Positions 34,315 through 42,991 of a stretch of 64,000 nucleotides of DNA are shown one piece after another. The notes under the pieces are model-generated. The model made no database searches. It was given only the letters and a program-made list of their open reading frames with translations, and was not told where the DNA came from. The DNA is from a virus: IMG/VR virus record IMGVR_UViG_3300048854_000126, positions 41,120 to 105,119 of that record; one strand, given 5' to 3'. The translations under genes were made by a program, and so were the position numbers. Each line of letters opens with the position of its first letter. Positions within the stretch are counted from its first letter, which is position 1.

Positions 34315-34977
34315 ATGGCACTTTCGCCAACCTCGATCCACCCCGAACAGAGCACGGTTCAGATAGACAGTCTGCGACCGAATCCCTGGAACACCAACCA
34401 GATGACGATCGAAAACGAGGCGAAGCTCGATGAGAGCATCAAACGTTTCGGCGTCTACAAACCGGTGGTCGTGCGCCCGAGCCCGGACGGCGACGGCTTC
34501 GAGATCCTGGGCGGTCAACACCGCTGGGAATCGGCCCAACGTCTCGGCTACACCGAGATTCCCATCGTCAACGTCGGACCGGTCAGCGACACGATCGCGA
34601 AAGAGATTGGCCTCGTTGATAACGGCCGCTACGGCGAAGACGACACCCTCGCGCTGTCGCGCTTGCTCAAAGAGCTCGGCGCTGAAGACGTCGGCGCATT
34701 CCTGCCCTACACGGACAGTGAGCTCGAAACGATTCTCGCAGCGTCAAGTATAGACATCGACGACCTGGACAAACTCGATGACATGGAGATGCCTGATCTC
34801 TCCGGCGCGGGTGTTGGCGCCACGCATCAGGTGATGCGTTTCAAGGTGCCAGTCGATGACGTTGCGTGGGTCACCTCCGCGATCGAGCGCCGCCAGCGCG
34901 AACAAGGCTTTACCTCCGAAGACTCCATGACGAACGCGGGTAACGCCTTCGTCGATCTCATGAAGGCATACAAATGA
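34315..34977 (+). CDS. ParB/Srx-domain protein 1
   Basis: PNPWN.N, L.ESI..FG..KP.VVR, ILGGQHRW motifs. Confidence 0.88.
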   Translation: MALSPTSIHPEQSTVQIDSLRPNPWNTNQMTIENEAKLDESIKRFGVYKPVVVRPSPDGDGFEILGGQHRWESAQRLGYTEIPIVNVGPVSDTIAKEIGLVDNGRYGEDDTLALSRLLKELGAEDVGAFLPYTDSELETILAASSIDIDDLDKLDDMEMPDLSGAGVGATHQVMRFKVPVDDVAWVTSAIERRQREQGFTSEDSMTNAGNAFVDLMKAYK

Positions 34978-35465
34978 AAAGCTACATCGGAACAAAAGTC
35001 ATTAACGCCAAGCCGATGACGCGTGGCGAATACAACATTCTGCGCGGCTGGGACTTGCCAGCGGGCGAGAACGGCGCCGACGAAGGCTACCTGGTCGAAT
35101 ACCTGGATGGCGGCAAGGTGAACGTTCCCGGATTCGCCAACTACGTGAGCTGGTCGCCGAAGGACGTGTTCGAGCGGTCCTACATTGAGCACCCAACTTC
35201 AGGTTTTAGCTTCGGCTACGCCATCACGCTGATGAAAGCCGGGCTAAAAGTGGCGCGCGTTGGCTGGAATGGCAAGGGCATGTTCGTCTATTACGTTCCC
35301 CCGGCGTCCTATCCGGTTCAGACAGGGGCCGCAAAGTCACACTTCGGCGATGGATCGCTGATTCCCTACAACGCCTATATGGCGATCAAGAACGTCGACG
35401 AGACGGTGAGCACCTGGGTTCCGAGTGCGAACGACTGCCTGGCTGTCGATTGGATGGTGGTATGA
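34974..35465 (+). CDS. DUF2829 / Tad2-like protein with extra N-terminal domain
   Basis: C-terminal FG.AI..MK.G.KVAR.GWNGKGMFV...W.PS..D.LA.DW signature. Confidence 0.8.
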   Translation: MKSYIGTKVINAKPMTRGEYNILRGWDLPAGENGADEGYLVEYLDGGKVNVPGFANYVSWSPKDVFERSYIEHPTSGFSFGYAITLMKAGLKVARVGWNGKGMFVYYVPPASYPVQTGAAKSHFGDGSLIPYNAYMAIKNVDETVSTWVPSANDCLAVDWMVV

Positions 35466-35704
35466 GCAAGCCGACTGGTTTCGCCCGCATCCCGCGTGCT
35501 GAGTTCCTCTACCCGGAATGCCAGCACTGCTATTTCCACAATCGTGAGCCTGCAATCTGCGAAGGCTGCGAGAACGGCGACGAGTATGAGCCGGCCGACG
35601 ACCTGGATGACAAGCTCTCCGAGCGAAAGGCCGCGATCGTGCGGTTCTTCCGGGTCAATAGTCCGGTGGTCCAGCTCGAAGACGAGCATCTGGAGGCCGC
35701 ATGA
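35462..35704 (+). CDS. Small Zn-binding protein
   Basis: CQHC...CEGC; ATGA overlap. Confidence 0.75.
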   Translation: MSKPTGFARIPRAEFLYPECQHCYFHNREPAICEGCENGDEYEPADDLDDKLSERKAAIVRFFRVNSPVVQLEDEHLEAA

Positions 35705-36345
35705 TTACCCGCAAAGAGACGATGTGGGCCGTTGACAAGCTCATTCCCTACGCGAAGAACGTCAAGAAGCATGACGCCGCGCAGGTGAACAAGATCGTTG
35801 AGTCGATCCAGCAGTTCAAGTGGACCCAGCCAGTGCTACTCGAGCCCGATGGCACGATCATCGCCGGCCACGGCCGCCGGCTCGCTGCCATTCAGCTCGG
35901 GCTGAAGGAAGTGCCGGCGGTCGTGATTTCGGGCCTCACTCCCGAGCAGGCCCGGGCGCTCCGGCTGGCCGACAACCGCACGAACGAGGGCGGCATCGAC
36001 ACGCTCCTGTTCCGCGACGAGATTGAGGGCCTGGAAGGGCTGCTTACCGGCATTTTCGACGTGAAGGAGCTGGAGTTCTCCGCCGCGGATCTCGGCGAGC
36101 TCAACGACGCGGCATTCGTGCCCGATGTTGCCGAAGCGGTCGAGTTCCAAGAGCAGGTGGCGCACGCGAAAGCCGACGAAGTGAGCGCGCGCCGTGTGCC
36201 GCTCTCGAAGGTGTTCGGGTTCAAGGACGTGCCGGGCTCGGGCGAACTGGTCATCAACCGCTTCCTCGCGAAATCCCAAGCGGTGACGGGCCTGCAGGGT
36301 GCCGACGCAATGATTGCATTTCTTGAAATAGTAACAGGTGACTAA
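35701..36345 (+). CDS. ParB/Srx-domain protein 2
   Basis: LIPYAKN.KKH, IIAGHGRRLAA, LRLADNR motifs. Confidence 0.9.
   Translation: MITRKETMWAVDKLIPYAKNVKKHDAAQVNKIVESIQQFKWTQPVLLEPDGTIIAGHGRRLAAIQLGLKEVPAVVISGLTPEQARALRLADNRTNEGGIDTLLFRDEIEGLEGLLTGIFDVKELEFSAADLGELNDAAFVPDVAEAVEFQEQVAHAKADEVSARRVPLSKVFGFKDVPGSGELVINRFLAKSQAVTGLQGADAMIAFLEIVTGD
36328..36345. promoter_or_regulatory. Operator copy inside the 3' end of ParB gene 2
   Basis: ATAGTAA-cagg-TGACTAA, including the stop codon. Confidence 0.8.
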
Positions 36346-37062
36346 TTGAGCCATTACACGATCGACAAGCGTTTCCATACCCGTGTGGCACGCAGCCAGC
36401 GCGTGGTGGAGGTCGCTGAAGCGTTCGGCCTCGGGCTGGACGATAAGGAATTCGTGATCTTCGACAAGCTGGATCTCGAAGTGAATCAGGGCGACGTCCT
36501 CTACATCACCGGGCAGTCGGGTTCCGGCAAGTCGCTGCTGCTGCGCGAGCTGGCGCACCAGATGGCCGCGGAAGGGCAGAAGGTCGCGAACCTGGACGAA
36601 GTGGCGCTCGACCCGGATCTGCCGCTCATCGACCAGATCGGCACGTCCACCAACGATGCGATCCGGCTGCTGTCGATCGCGGGCCTGAACGACGCCTACC
36701 TCTTCATTCGCAAGCCCGGCGAGCTCTCTGACGGCCAGCGCTACCGCTTCAAGCTCGCCAAGGCCATCGAGAGCCAGGCCGACGTCTGGGTCGCCGACGA
36801 GTTCATGGCGGTGCTCGATCGCACGGCCGCCAAGGTGATCGCGTTCGCGCTGCAAAAGACCGCGCGCAAGGTCAACGCGACGGTGATCGTTGCGACGACC
36901 CACCTCGACCTCGTGGAAGACCTGCAGCCGTCCCTCTACATCGAGAAGCGCTACCGGGAGAAGCTGCGCGTCGAAGCGCTCACAGCGCTTTCTGACGCGT
37001 CTGAGGGGCATCGCGCGATGACGCGTGACGAAGCATTCGAACTTTTGAAAAGGATGGCGTGA
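36346..37062 (+). CDS. Soluble ABC-family ATPase
   Basis: GQSGSGKS, LSDGQ, DEF and TTH motifs; TTG start; no permease nearby. Confidence 0.9.
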   Translation: MSHYTIDKRFHTRVARSQRVVEVAEAFGLGLDDKEFVIFDKLDLEVNQGDVLYITGQSGSGKSLLLRELAHQMAAEGQKVANLDEVALDPDLPLIDQIGTSTNDAIRLLSIAGLNDAYLFIRKPGELSDGQRYRFKLAKAIESQADVWVADEFMAVLDRTAAKVIAFALQKTARKVNATVIVATTHLDLVEDLQPSLYIEKRYREKLRVEALTALSDASEGHRAMTRDEAFELLKRMA

Positions 37063-37391
37063 TGAACAAGCAATACGACGCCGCGGTCGCGGCTTCCACG
37101 ACCCGACCACAGGTCGTTTATTTCAGCGCGGTCTGGTGCGGCCCCTGCAAGATGCTCAAGCCCGCAATGCACGCGCTCAAGGCTGACTACGGCTTCGATT
37201 ACGTCGAGCTGGACGTCGCAGATTTCACGCCCGCGGAGCTGCAAACGCTCGGCGTGCGGAACCTGCCGAACGTGCGCGTGCTGTCGAACACGGTGGTCAA
37301 AAGCCAGTTCGTCGGCGCGCGCACCAAGGGCCAGGTCAAGGACTGGCTCACCGCGAACATGGTCATTGCTGACGGGCTAGACTTCGAATGA
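37059..37391 (+). CDS. Thioredoxin
   Basis: WCGPC active site. Confidence 0.9.
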   Translation: MMNKQYDAAVAASTTRPQVVYFSAVWCGPCKMLKPAMHALKADYGFDYVELDVADFTPAELQTLGVRNLPNVRVLSNTVVKSQFVGARTKGQVKDWLTANMVIADGLDFE

Positions 37392-38368
37392 CTTGCCCCG
37401 CCACCGCGGTCGCGCTCGACCTCGTGCCGCCCGAGCAGAACGACCTGAACAACGCTATCTTCGCCTGGCGCGACCCCGCGGCGGGCACGCGGCCGCTGTC
37501 GCTGCTCAAGCACATGTATGTGGAGCGCGGAACGCTCGAAGACTGGCAACTGCTGCACGAATTGCATTACAAGGCGAGCCAGAACGGCATCGGGCCGCGC
37601 TACGTGCGCCTGGTGATCGATGACGGCGTGGACGCGCCGCTCACCATCGGCGTGATGGTGTTCACCGTGCCCAAGCCGCTCGATTCGGGCCGCAATCAGG
37701 TGTTCCCGCACATGCGGCCGAACCAGAACGGGCGCGACACCAAGCTCATGAACGTGCAGCGCATGGCGTGGATCAACAAAAACCTGATCCTGTCCTCGCG
37801 CACAGTGCTCGACACGATGTATCGCGGCGGCGGAATTGCCTACCGCTTCAAGAACATTGGCTACCGGCTGATGGGCTTCAGGTATGTGGAAAGCCGCAGC
37901 TCGATGAGCCGCTACAACCCGTTCTCGATCAAGGCCGGCATGCGCTTCGTGAAGCCGAAGTCGGCGCCTGCGTTCGAGTCGGGCCTGGCGTTCTTTGCGC
38001 GGCACTTCAAGAGCCCGGCCTACGACTATGTGGCGATCAAACAGGAGATCGAGGCGATGCCCGATTACCTGCGCGAGCACACGTTGAAGGAGCTGCGCGC
38101 CTTCTACTACCGCAACAGTTCGATGGAGAAGTCGGGCGACAACCGGCTGAACGGCACGAGCCGCGTCGAGACGATGGAGCTCGGCTACCTCCTCAAGCAA
38201 ACCCAGCAGCTTGTCTTCGGCGCGACCGTCTACGCCGCCTGGAGCAATCCCGACTGGGACGCGACAACCGAGTCGATGCGGCCGCTGCCGGCGCGCATCC
38301 CGCTTTCCGCTTTCGATAACCAAGGCGTTGACGAGCCGTTGCGCCTTGACCTTTTGGAGACAGCATGA
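37388..38368 (+). CDS. GNAT-fold (Mom-like?) acyltransferase
   Basis: LHY motif; SRTVLD.MYRGGGIA matches the GNAT acetyl-CoA motif A. Confidence 0.7.
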   Translation: MTCPATAVALDLVPPEQNDLNNAIFAWRDPAAGTRPLSLLKHMYVERGTLEDWQLLHELHYKASQNGIGPRYVRLVIDDGVDAPLTIGVMVFTVPKPLDSGRNQVFPHMRPNQNGRDTKLMNVQRMAWINKNLILSSRTVLDTMYRGGGIAYRFKNIGYRLMGFRYVESRSSMSRYNPFSIKAGMRFVKPKSAPAFESGLAFFARHFKSPAYDYVAIKQEIEAMPDYLREHTLKELRAFYYRNSSMEKSGDNRLNGTSRVETMELGYLLKQTQQLVFGATVYAAWSNPDWDATTESMRPLPARIPLSAFDNQGVDEPLRLDLLETA

Positions 38369-38586
38369 AAACGAACGCCAAAACCCTTTGCATCGTCGGC
38401 ACCAAAGGCACGCTCTCGCCCTGGACGATGGAGTGCCTCGAATCAGCAGAGTCCGCCCGCGGCATGTCCTACGACTTCGTGATCTGGTGCCGCACGCCGA
38501 CCGAGAGCGAATACCGCACGGTGGCGAACACGCTCAAGACGTCCGAGGTGGGCGAGCAGTTCTGGGTCTGCCGGAAGCCGAAATGA
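38365..38586 (+). CDS. Small hypothetical protein
   Basis: ATGA overlaps at both ends. Confidence 0.7.
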   Translation: MKTNAKTLCIVGTKGTLSPWTMECLESAESARGMSYDFVIWCRTPTESEYRTVANTLKTSEVGEQFWVCRKPK

Positions 38587-39035
38587 ATCTGACGATCAAG
38601 CAGATCGAGATCATGAAAGTGGTCGTGGCGGGGGTGGGCGCCGCCACGGTTGACCTCGATCAGCTCCTCGAGCGCTTGCCCTACAAGACCACGAAGGAAA
38701 GCCTGCAGTTCTCGCTGCGCGCGATCGAGCGGCACGGGCTGATTGACCGCAGCTTCGCCGAGCATCGGCGCGGGCGAGTGCGCCGGCTGATCCGGGCCAC
38801 CGAGCTCGGCAAAGCGGTGGTTGGCGGGACCGGCAGGCCGGCGCCAGGGCCTGGCGCCGCGGTCGCGGCAACGGAACCGATCTTCACTCCCGAGGCGTCA
38901 ACGATGCCCGAGCCGGAGACCGCCTCCCTACCGGAAGAGATAAGCGCGAACTTACCCGAGCCGGAGATTCTTTCTCTCCCGGAGCTTCTCTTTCCCGAGC
39001 CGGTCGATGTTTTCGAAGAAGAGTTGATTGAGTGA
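38583..39035 (+). CDS. Winged-helix DNA-binding protein with acidic Pro/Glu tail
   Basis: LT.KQ.EI...DLDQLLERL..TTKESLQFSLR.IE..GLI...RR.I..TELG. Confidence 0.75.
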   Translation: MNLTIKQIEIMKVVVAGVGAATVDLDQLLERLPYKTTKESLQFSLRAIERHGLIDRSFAEHRRGRVRRLIRATELGKAVVGGTGRPAPGPGAAVAATEPIFTPEASTMPEPETASLPEEISANLPEPEILSLPELLFPEPVDVFEEELIE

Positions 39036-39055
39036 AATTTCGGTAAGTTTTGCAG

Positions 39056-39157
39056 CTTGTCACTTTTTGGGGTTTCCCTCTTATATATACCTTTTTCTTT
39101 TAAAACCTCTTTGTTTACAGCTTTTAAAAATTAAGGGAACCCCCAAAAAGTGACAAG
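39056..39157. repeat. 24-bp inverted repeat (23/24) flanking a 54-bp AT-rich core
   Basis: CTTGTCACTTTTTGGGGTTTCCCT ... AGGGAACCCCCAAAAAGTGACAAG. Confidence 0.9.
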
Positions 39158-39252
39158 TAAGTAAGGACCTTTGAAGATCATCCCGGTTCGGGAACAAGGA
39201 CACGAGAAGCGATGAAAGGAAGGCTGCGGGTGGGAAAGTCCGCTCAAAAAAA

Positions 39253-39295
39253 TAAGTCACGGCTTATTTACTTTTTGTCCGGCACCGGATATAGT
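39253..39295 (+). promoter_or_regulatory. Operator-overlapped promoter for the packaging operon
   Basis: TAAGTCA-cggc-TTATTTA; TTTACT-N17-TATAGT. Confidence 0.6.
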
Positions 39296-39319
39296 TTGCT
39301 CCTAACGCAATACCTCCAA

Positions 39320-39352
39320 GGGGCAGACCGACATGGCTGCCCCATTTTTTTT
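39320..39352 (+). terminator. Terminator in the terS leader
   Basis: GGGGCAG-N10-CTGCCCC-A-T8. Confidence 0.7.
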
Positions 39353-39366
39353 GTGGGAACTGAATC

Positions 39367-40026
39367 GTGACCGACCAGACGACAGCGCCCCAGAAGAAAG
39401 GCGGGGGCCGCACTACCGGAAGCCGATCGCTGACAGAGGCGCAAAAGGCCGAGGCCATTGCGCTCTATCAGTCGGGCGAACTGACGCTTGAGCAGCTCTC
39501 CAAGCGGTTCAACCGCACCCCGCGTGCGCTGAGCAGCATGTTCGCGAAGGCGGAGGTGAAGAAGGGCGAGAAGCGCGATGAAGTGCGTGCCGCGGTTCAA
39601 CAGCAGGTGCAGCAGCAGATGATGGGCGACGTCGGTGTCGTGGCCGCCCGCATTCGCGAGACGAAAGAGTCGCACTACAACGCCGCGAAGGTGATCGCCG
39701 GGCTGATCCAGAAGCAGTTGCTCAACGCGCAGCAGAAGGGCCAGCCGTTCGCCACCGTCCAGAACGAGATCAAGACGCTCAAGCTCGCCGCCGAGGCACT
39801 TGCCACGGTGCGTCAGGAGCGCTTCGTGATCCTGGGCATCGCCGATGGTGAGAAAGACGACAACGACGATCTGCCGGATCTCGGCGTGCATGAGATGACC
39901 GCGGAACAGATCCTTGAGATGCAGCAGCGCCAGGACGAAAGCGGGCTCGACATGGGCGACGATGACGTCATGACGGTTATGCCGCTGCCGGCGCCGGGCG
40001 AGGAAGACAGCGATGAAGCTGCGTGA
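39367..40026 (+). CDS. Terminase small subunit (probable)
   Basis: N-terminal HTH; helical core; directly upstream of terL. Confidence 0.75.
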   Translation: MTDQTTAPQKKGGGRTTGSRSLTEAQKAEAIALYQSGELTLEQLSKRFNRTPRALSSMFAKAEVKKGEKRDEVRAAVQQQVQQQMMGDVGVVAARIRETKESHYNAAKVIAGLIQKQLLNAQQKGQPFATVQNEIKTLKLAAEALATVRQERFVILGIADGEKDDNDDLPDLGVHEMTAEQILEMQQRQDESGLDMGDDDVMTVMPLPAPGEEDSDEAA

Positions 40027-41299
40027 GCCCGGACTGCCGTCGATCACAGCGATCGCCGGCGAGATGCAGACGATTTTCCTCCATCCGAAGCAGATGGAGG
40101 TCTTTCGCTCGCCGCATCGCTTTCGAGTAGTCGTCGCGGGCCGCAGGTGGGGAAAAACTCAGCTCGCCAAGGTTTCGCTCATCAAATACGCGAAGGTCAA
40201 GAACCGGCTGGTCTGGTATGTGGCGCCGTCGTATCGGATGGCAAAGCAGATCATGTGGCCGGACCTGATCGCGGCGCTGCCCAAGCGCTGGGTCAAGAAG
40301 ATCAATGAGACGACGCTCACCGTCATCCTGGTCAACGGCACGCGCATCGAGCTCAAGGGCGCCGATAACCCCGACTCGCTGCGTGGCGTCGGGGTGCACT
40401 TTCTCGTCATGGACGAGGTGCAGGACATCAACCCGGAAGCCTGGAAGAAGGTGCTGCGCCCGACGCTCGCATCGACGGGCGGCCACGCGCTGTTCATCGG
40501 CACGCCGAAGTCCTACAACTTCCTCTACGACCTGTATGCGCTCGGCCAGGAGCCAAAGAACCAGCTGATGGGCCGCTGGAAGAGCTGGCAGTTCCCGACG
40601 ATCACGTCGCCGTTCATCCCGGCGTCCGAAATTGAGGCCGCGCGCGCCGACATGGACGAGAAGTCGTTCAAGCAGGAGTTCGAGGCGAGCTTCGAGACGA
40701 TGAGCGGCCGGGTCTATTACCCGTTCGATCGCAAGATCCACGTCGGCAACTATCCGTTCAACCCATCGCTGCCGATCTGGGTCGGGCAGGACTTCAACAT
40801 CGACCCGATGAGCTCCTGCATCTTGCAACCGCAGGAAAACGGCGAGCTCTGGGTGATCCACGAGTTGTCGCTGAAGTCGTCGAACACTGAAGAGGTCTGC
40901 GACGAGCTGGAGCGGCTCTACTGGAAGCTGATGAAGCGCACGACGATCTTCCCTGACCCGGCGGGCGGCTATCGACAGCACGCTCGCGGCGAGTCGGACC
41001 TGGACATCTTCAAAGAGAAGGGGTTCAAGCACATCGTCTATCACAAGAAGCACCCGCCCGTGGCCGACCGGATCAACTCGGTCAACCGGATGCTGCGCTC
41101 GGCCGATGGGAAGGTAAAGCTCAAAGTGGATAAGAAGTGCAAGGAAGTGATCCGCGCGCTCGAGCAGACGATCTACAAGGAAGGCGGGCGCGAGGTCGAT
41201 AAGGACAAGGGCGTCGATCACATGGGTGATGCGTTGGGCTATCCGGTCCAATACATGTATCCGGTGCGCGAAGTAACGATTGCAGGCGTATCCATTTGA
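40013..41299 (+). CDS. Terminase large subunit
   Basis: HPKQ, AGRRWGKT, LRG...VMDE, GTPK, GQDFN, DH..DALGY; start could be 40064. Confidence 0.95.
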   Translation: MKLREPGLPSITAIAGEMQTIFLHPKQMEVFRSPHRFRVVVAGRRWGKTQLAKVSLIKYAKVKNRLVWYVAPSYRMAKQIMWPDLIAALPKRWVKKINETTLTVILVNGTRIELKGADNPDSLRGVGVHFLVMDEVQDINPEAWKKVLRPTLASTGGHALFIGTPKSYNFLYDLYALGQEPKNQLMGRWKSWQFPTITSPFIPASEIEAARADMDEKSFKQEFEASFETMSGRVYYPFDRKIHVGNYPFNPSLPIWVGQDFNIDPMSSCILQPQENGELWVIHELSLKSSNTEEVCDELERLYWKLMKRTTIFPDPAGGYRQHARGESDLDIFKEKGFKHIVYHKKHPPVADRINSVNRMLRSADGKVKLKVDKKCKEVIRALEQTIYKEGGREVDKDKGVDHMGDALGYPVQYMYPVREVTIAGVSI

Positions 41300-41307
41300 T
41301 GGTTAAA

Positions 41308-41325
41308 ATAGTAACGGGTGACTAT
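41308..41325. promoter_or_regulatory. Operator copy
   Basis: ATAGTAA-cggg-TGACTAT. Confidence 0.85.
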
Positions 41326-41347
41326 TTAGTCATCAAAGGCACAGGAC

Positions 41348-42913
41348 ATGGCACTTAGTCAGAAAAAGCTCCAGACGTTTATCGCGCGCCGCCACCCGCT
41401 CTACGAGAGCCTGGTTGCGCACTGGGATTTTCTCGAAGCGACCTATGAGGGTGGCAGGGAGTGGTTCGCGACGAACCTTCACAAGTATGTGAAGGAGGGC
41501 GATAAGGAATATGCCAATCGCCTCGAGCGCGCGTATCGCTTTAACCACACCCGCGAGGTCGTAGACCTGCTGGACAAATACGTCTTCAAGATCGACATCA
41601 AGCGCAACGACGATGCGCCTGACTTCATCAAGGAGTTCTGGAAGCGCTCGACGCTGAATGGTTCGCCAATCGGCGACTACATGAAGCGCATCAGTAACCG
41701 CACTTCGACCTATGGCCGTGTCTGGGTGGTGGTTGATTCGACGCGCACCGATGACGTGAAAAGCGTGGCTGACGCGAAGGCCGCCGACGCGCGCGTCTAC
41801 TCCTACCTGGTCAAACCCCAGCACGCCTTGGACATGAGCACCGACGAGCTCGGCAAGCTCAACTGGATTCTGCTCTTCGAGACGGCGCGCGATGACGAAG
41901 ACCCGCTGAATTCCAGCGGTGCGCTGGTCGATCGCTACCGCCTGTGGACGCGCCAGAGCTCGCAGCTTTTCACGGTCAACGTGGATGCGAAAGGTAAGCC
42001 GACCATCGTCGTCGATGAGCCGGTCGAGCACGGCCTGGGCGTCGTGCCAGTGTTTGCGGCCGACAACGTGATCTCCGACGAGCCCTACGCGTCGCCGGCA
42101 CTGATCGCCGACGTCGCTTACCTGGACCGCGCGGTCGCGAACTACCTCTCGAACCTTGACGCGATCATCCAGGACCAGACCTTCAGCCAGCTCGTCATCC
42201 CCGCGCAGGCGGTAGTGGCAGGTGACGAGGGCACCCACAACCAGCTGGTGGAGATGGGCACGAAGCGCATTTTCACGTATGACGCGTCGGGCGGCACCGG
42301 GCCGCAGTTCATCAGCCCGGACGTGAAACAGGCCACGCTGATCCTGCAGGTGATCGCCAAGATCATCAACGAGATTTACCACTCGACGGGACTCGCGGGC
42401 GAGCGCACGAAAGAGGACAACTCGCAGGGCATCGACAACAGCTCCGGCGTTGCGAAAGCGTATGACTTCGAGCGCGTGAACTCGCTGCTCGCGGCCAAGG
42501 CTGATTCGCTCGAGCAGGTCGAACGAAAGCTGTGCGAGCTGGTGGCCGCCTATCACGACAAGACGCTGGATACGGCCCCGGACTCGACCACGACGCCCGA
42601 AGAAACGCAGATGGTTTCCTACCCGGACAACTTCGATGTCCGCGGGCTTTACGACGAATTTGACATTGCCGCGCGACTTGCGCTGATCGAGGCACCCGAC
42701 GCGGTGCGCCGTCAGCAAATGAACTCGGTGATCGACAAGCTCTTCCCGATGATTAAGAAGTCACTCATCGAGACGATGAAAGGCGAGTTGGAAAACTGGC
42801 CGCCGGAGGACGCTCTGACGGCACCTGGAGCGGGACAGTCGCCTATGTCCAACTCCGAGATTCAGCGCATGGGCGGTAAGACCCTCGCGAATCAGATGTT
42901 GAAGGCAGCGTAA
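41348..42913 (+). CDS. Portal protein
   Basis: 521 aa after terL; HP.Y, Y..RL.RA, HGLG.VP, SG.AK..DF patterns. Confidence 0.9.
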   Translation: MALSQKKLQTFIARRHPLYESLVAHWDFLEATYEGGREWFATNLHKYVKEGDKEYANRLERAYRFNHTREVVDLLDKYVFKIDIKRNDDAPDFIKEFWKRSTLNGSPIGDYMKRISNRTSTYGRVWVVVDSTRTDDVKSVADAKAADARVYSYLVKPQHALDMSTDELGKLNWILLFETARDDEDPLNSSGALVDRYRLWTRQSSQLFTVNVDAKGKPTIVVDEPVEHGLGVVPVFAADNVISDEPYASPALIADVAYLDRAVANYLSNLDAIIQDQTFSQLVIPAQAVVAGDEGTHNQLVEMGTKRIFTYDASGGTGPQFISPDVKQATLILQVIAKIINEIYHSTGLAGERTKEDNSQGIDNSSGVAKAYDFERVNSLLAAKADSLEQVERKLCELVAAYHDKTLDTAPDSTTTPEETQMVSYPDNFDVRGLYDEFDIAARLALIEAPDAVRRQQMNSVIDKLFPMIKKSLIETMKGELENWPPEDALTAPGAGQSPMSNSEIQRMGGKTLANQMLKAA

Positions 42914-42991
42914 GACGATTGGGCCGAGTGACCGGCCTAACTTTCACACACCAGACCAAGAGAACGGTCGACACGAAAAGGTAGCAACGAG

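Noticed and set aside
34315-36345. ParB genes as a plasmid partition system
   Set aside because: No ParA in the operon and no evident parS-binding HTH; they resemble terminase-linked ParB/Srx domains.
36346-37062. ABC ATPase as a transporter
   Set aside because: No permease or binding protein nearby; it is coupled to GNAT and ParB genes.
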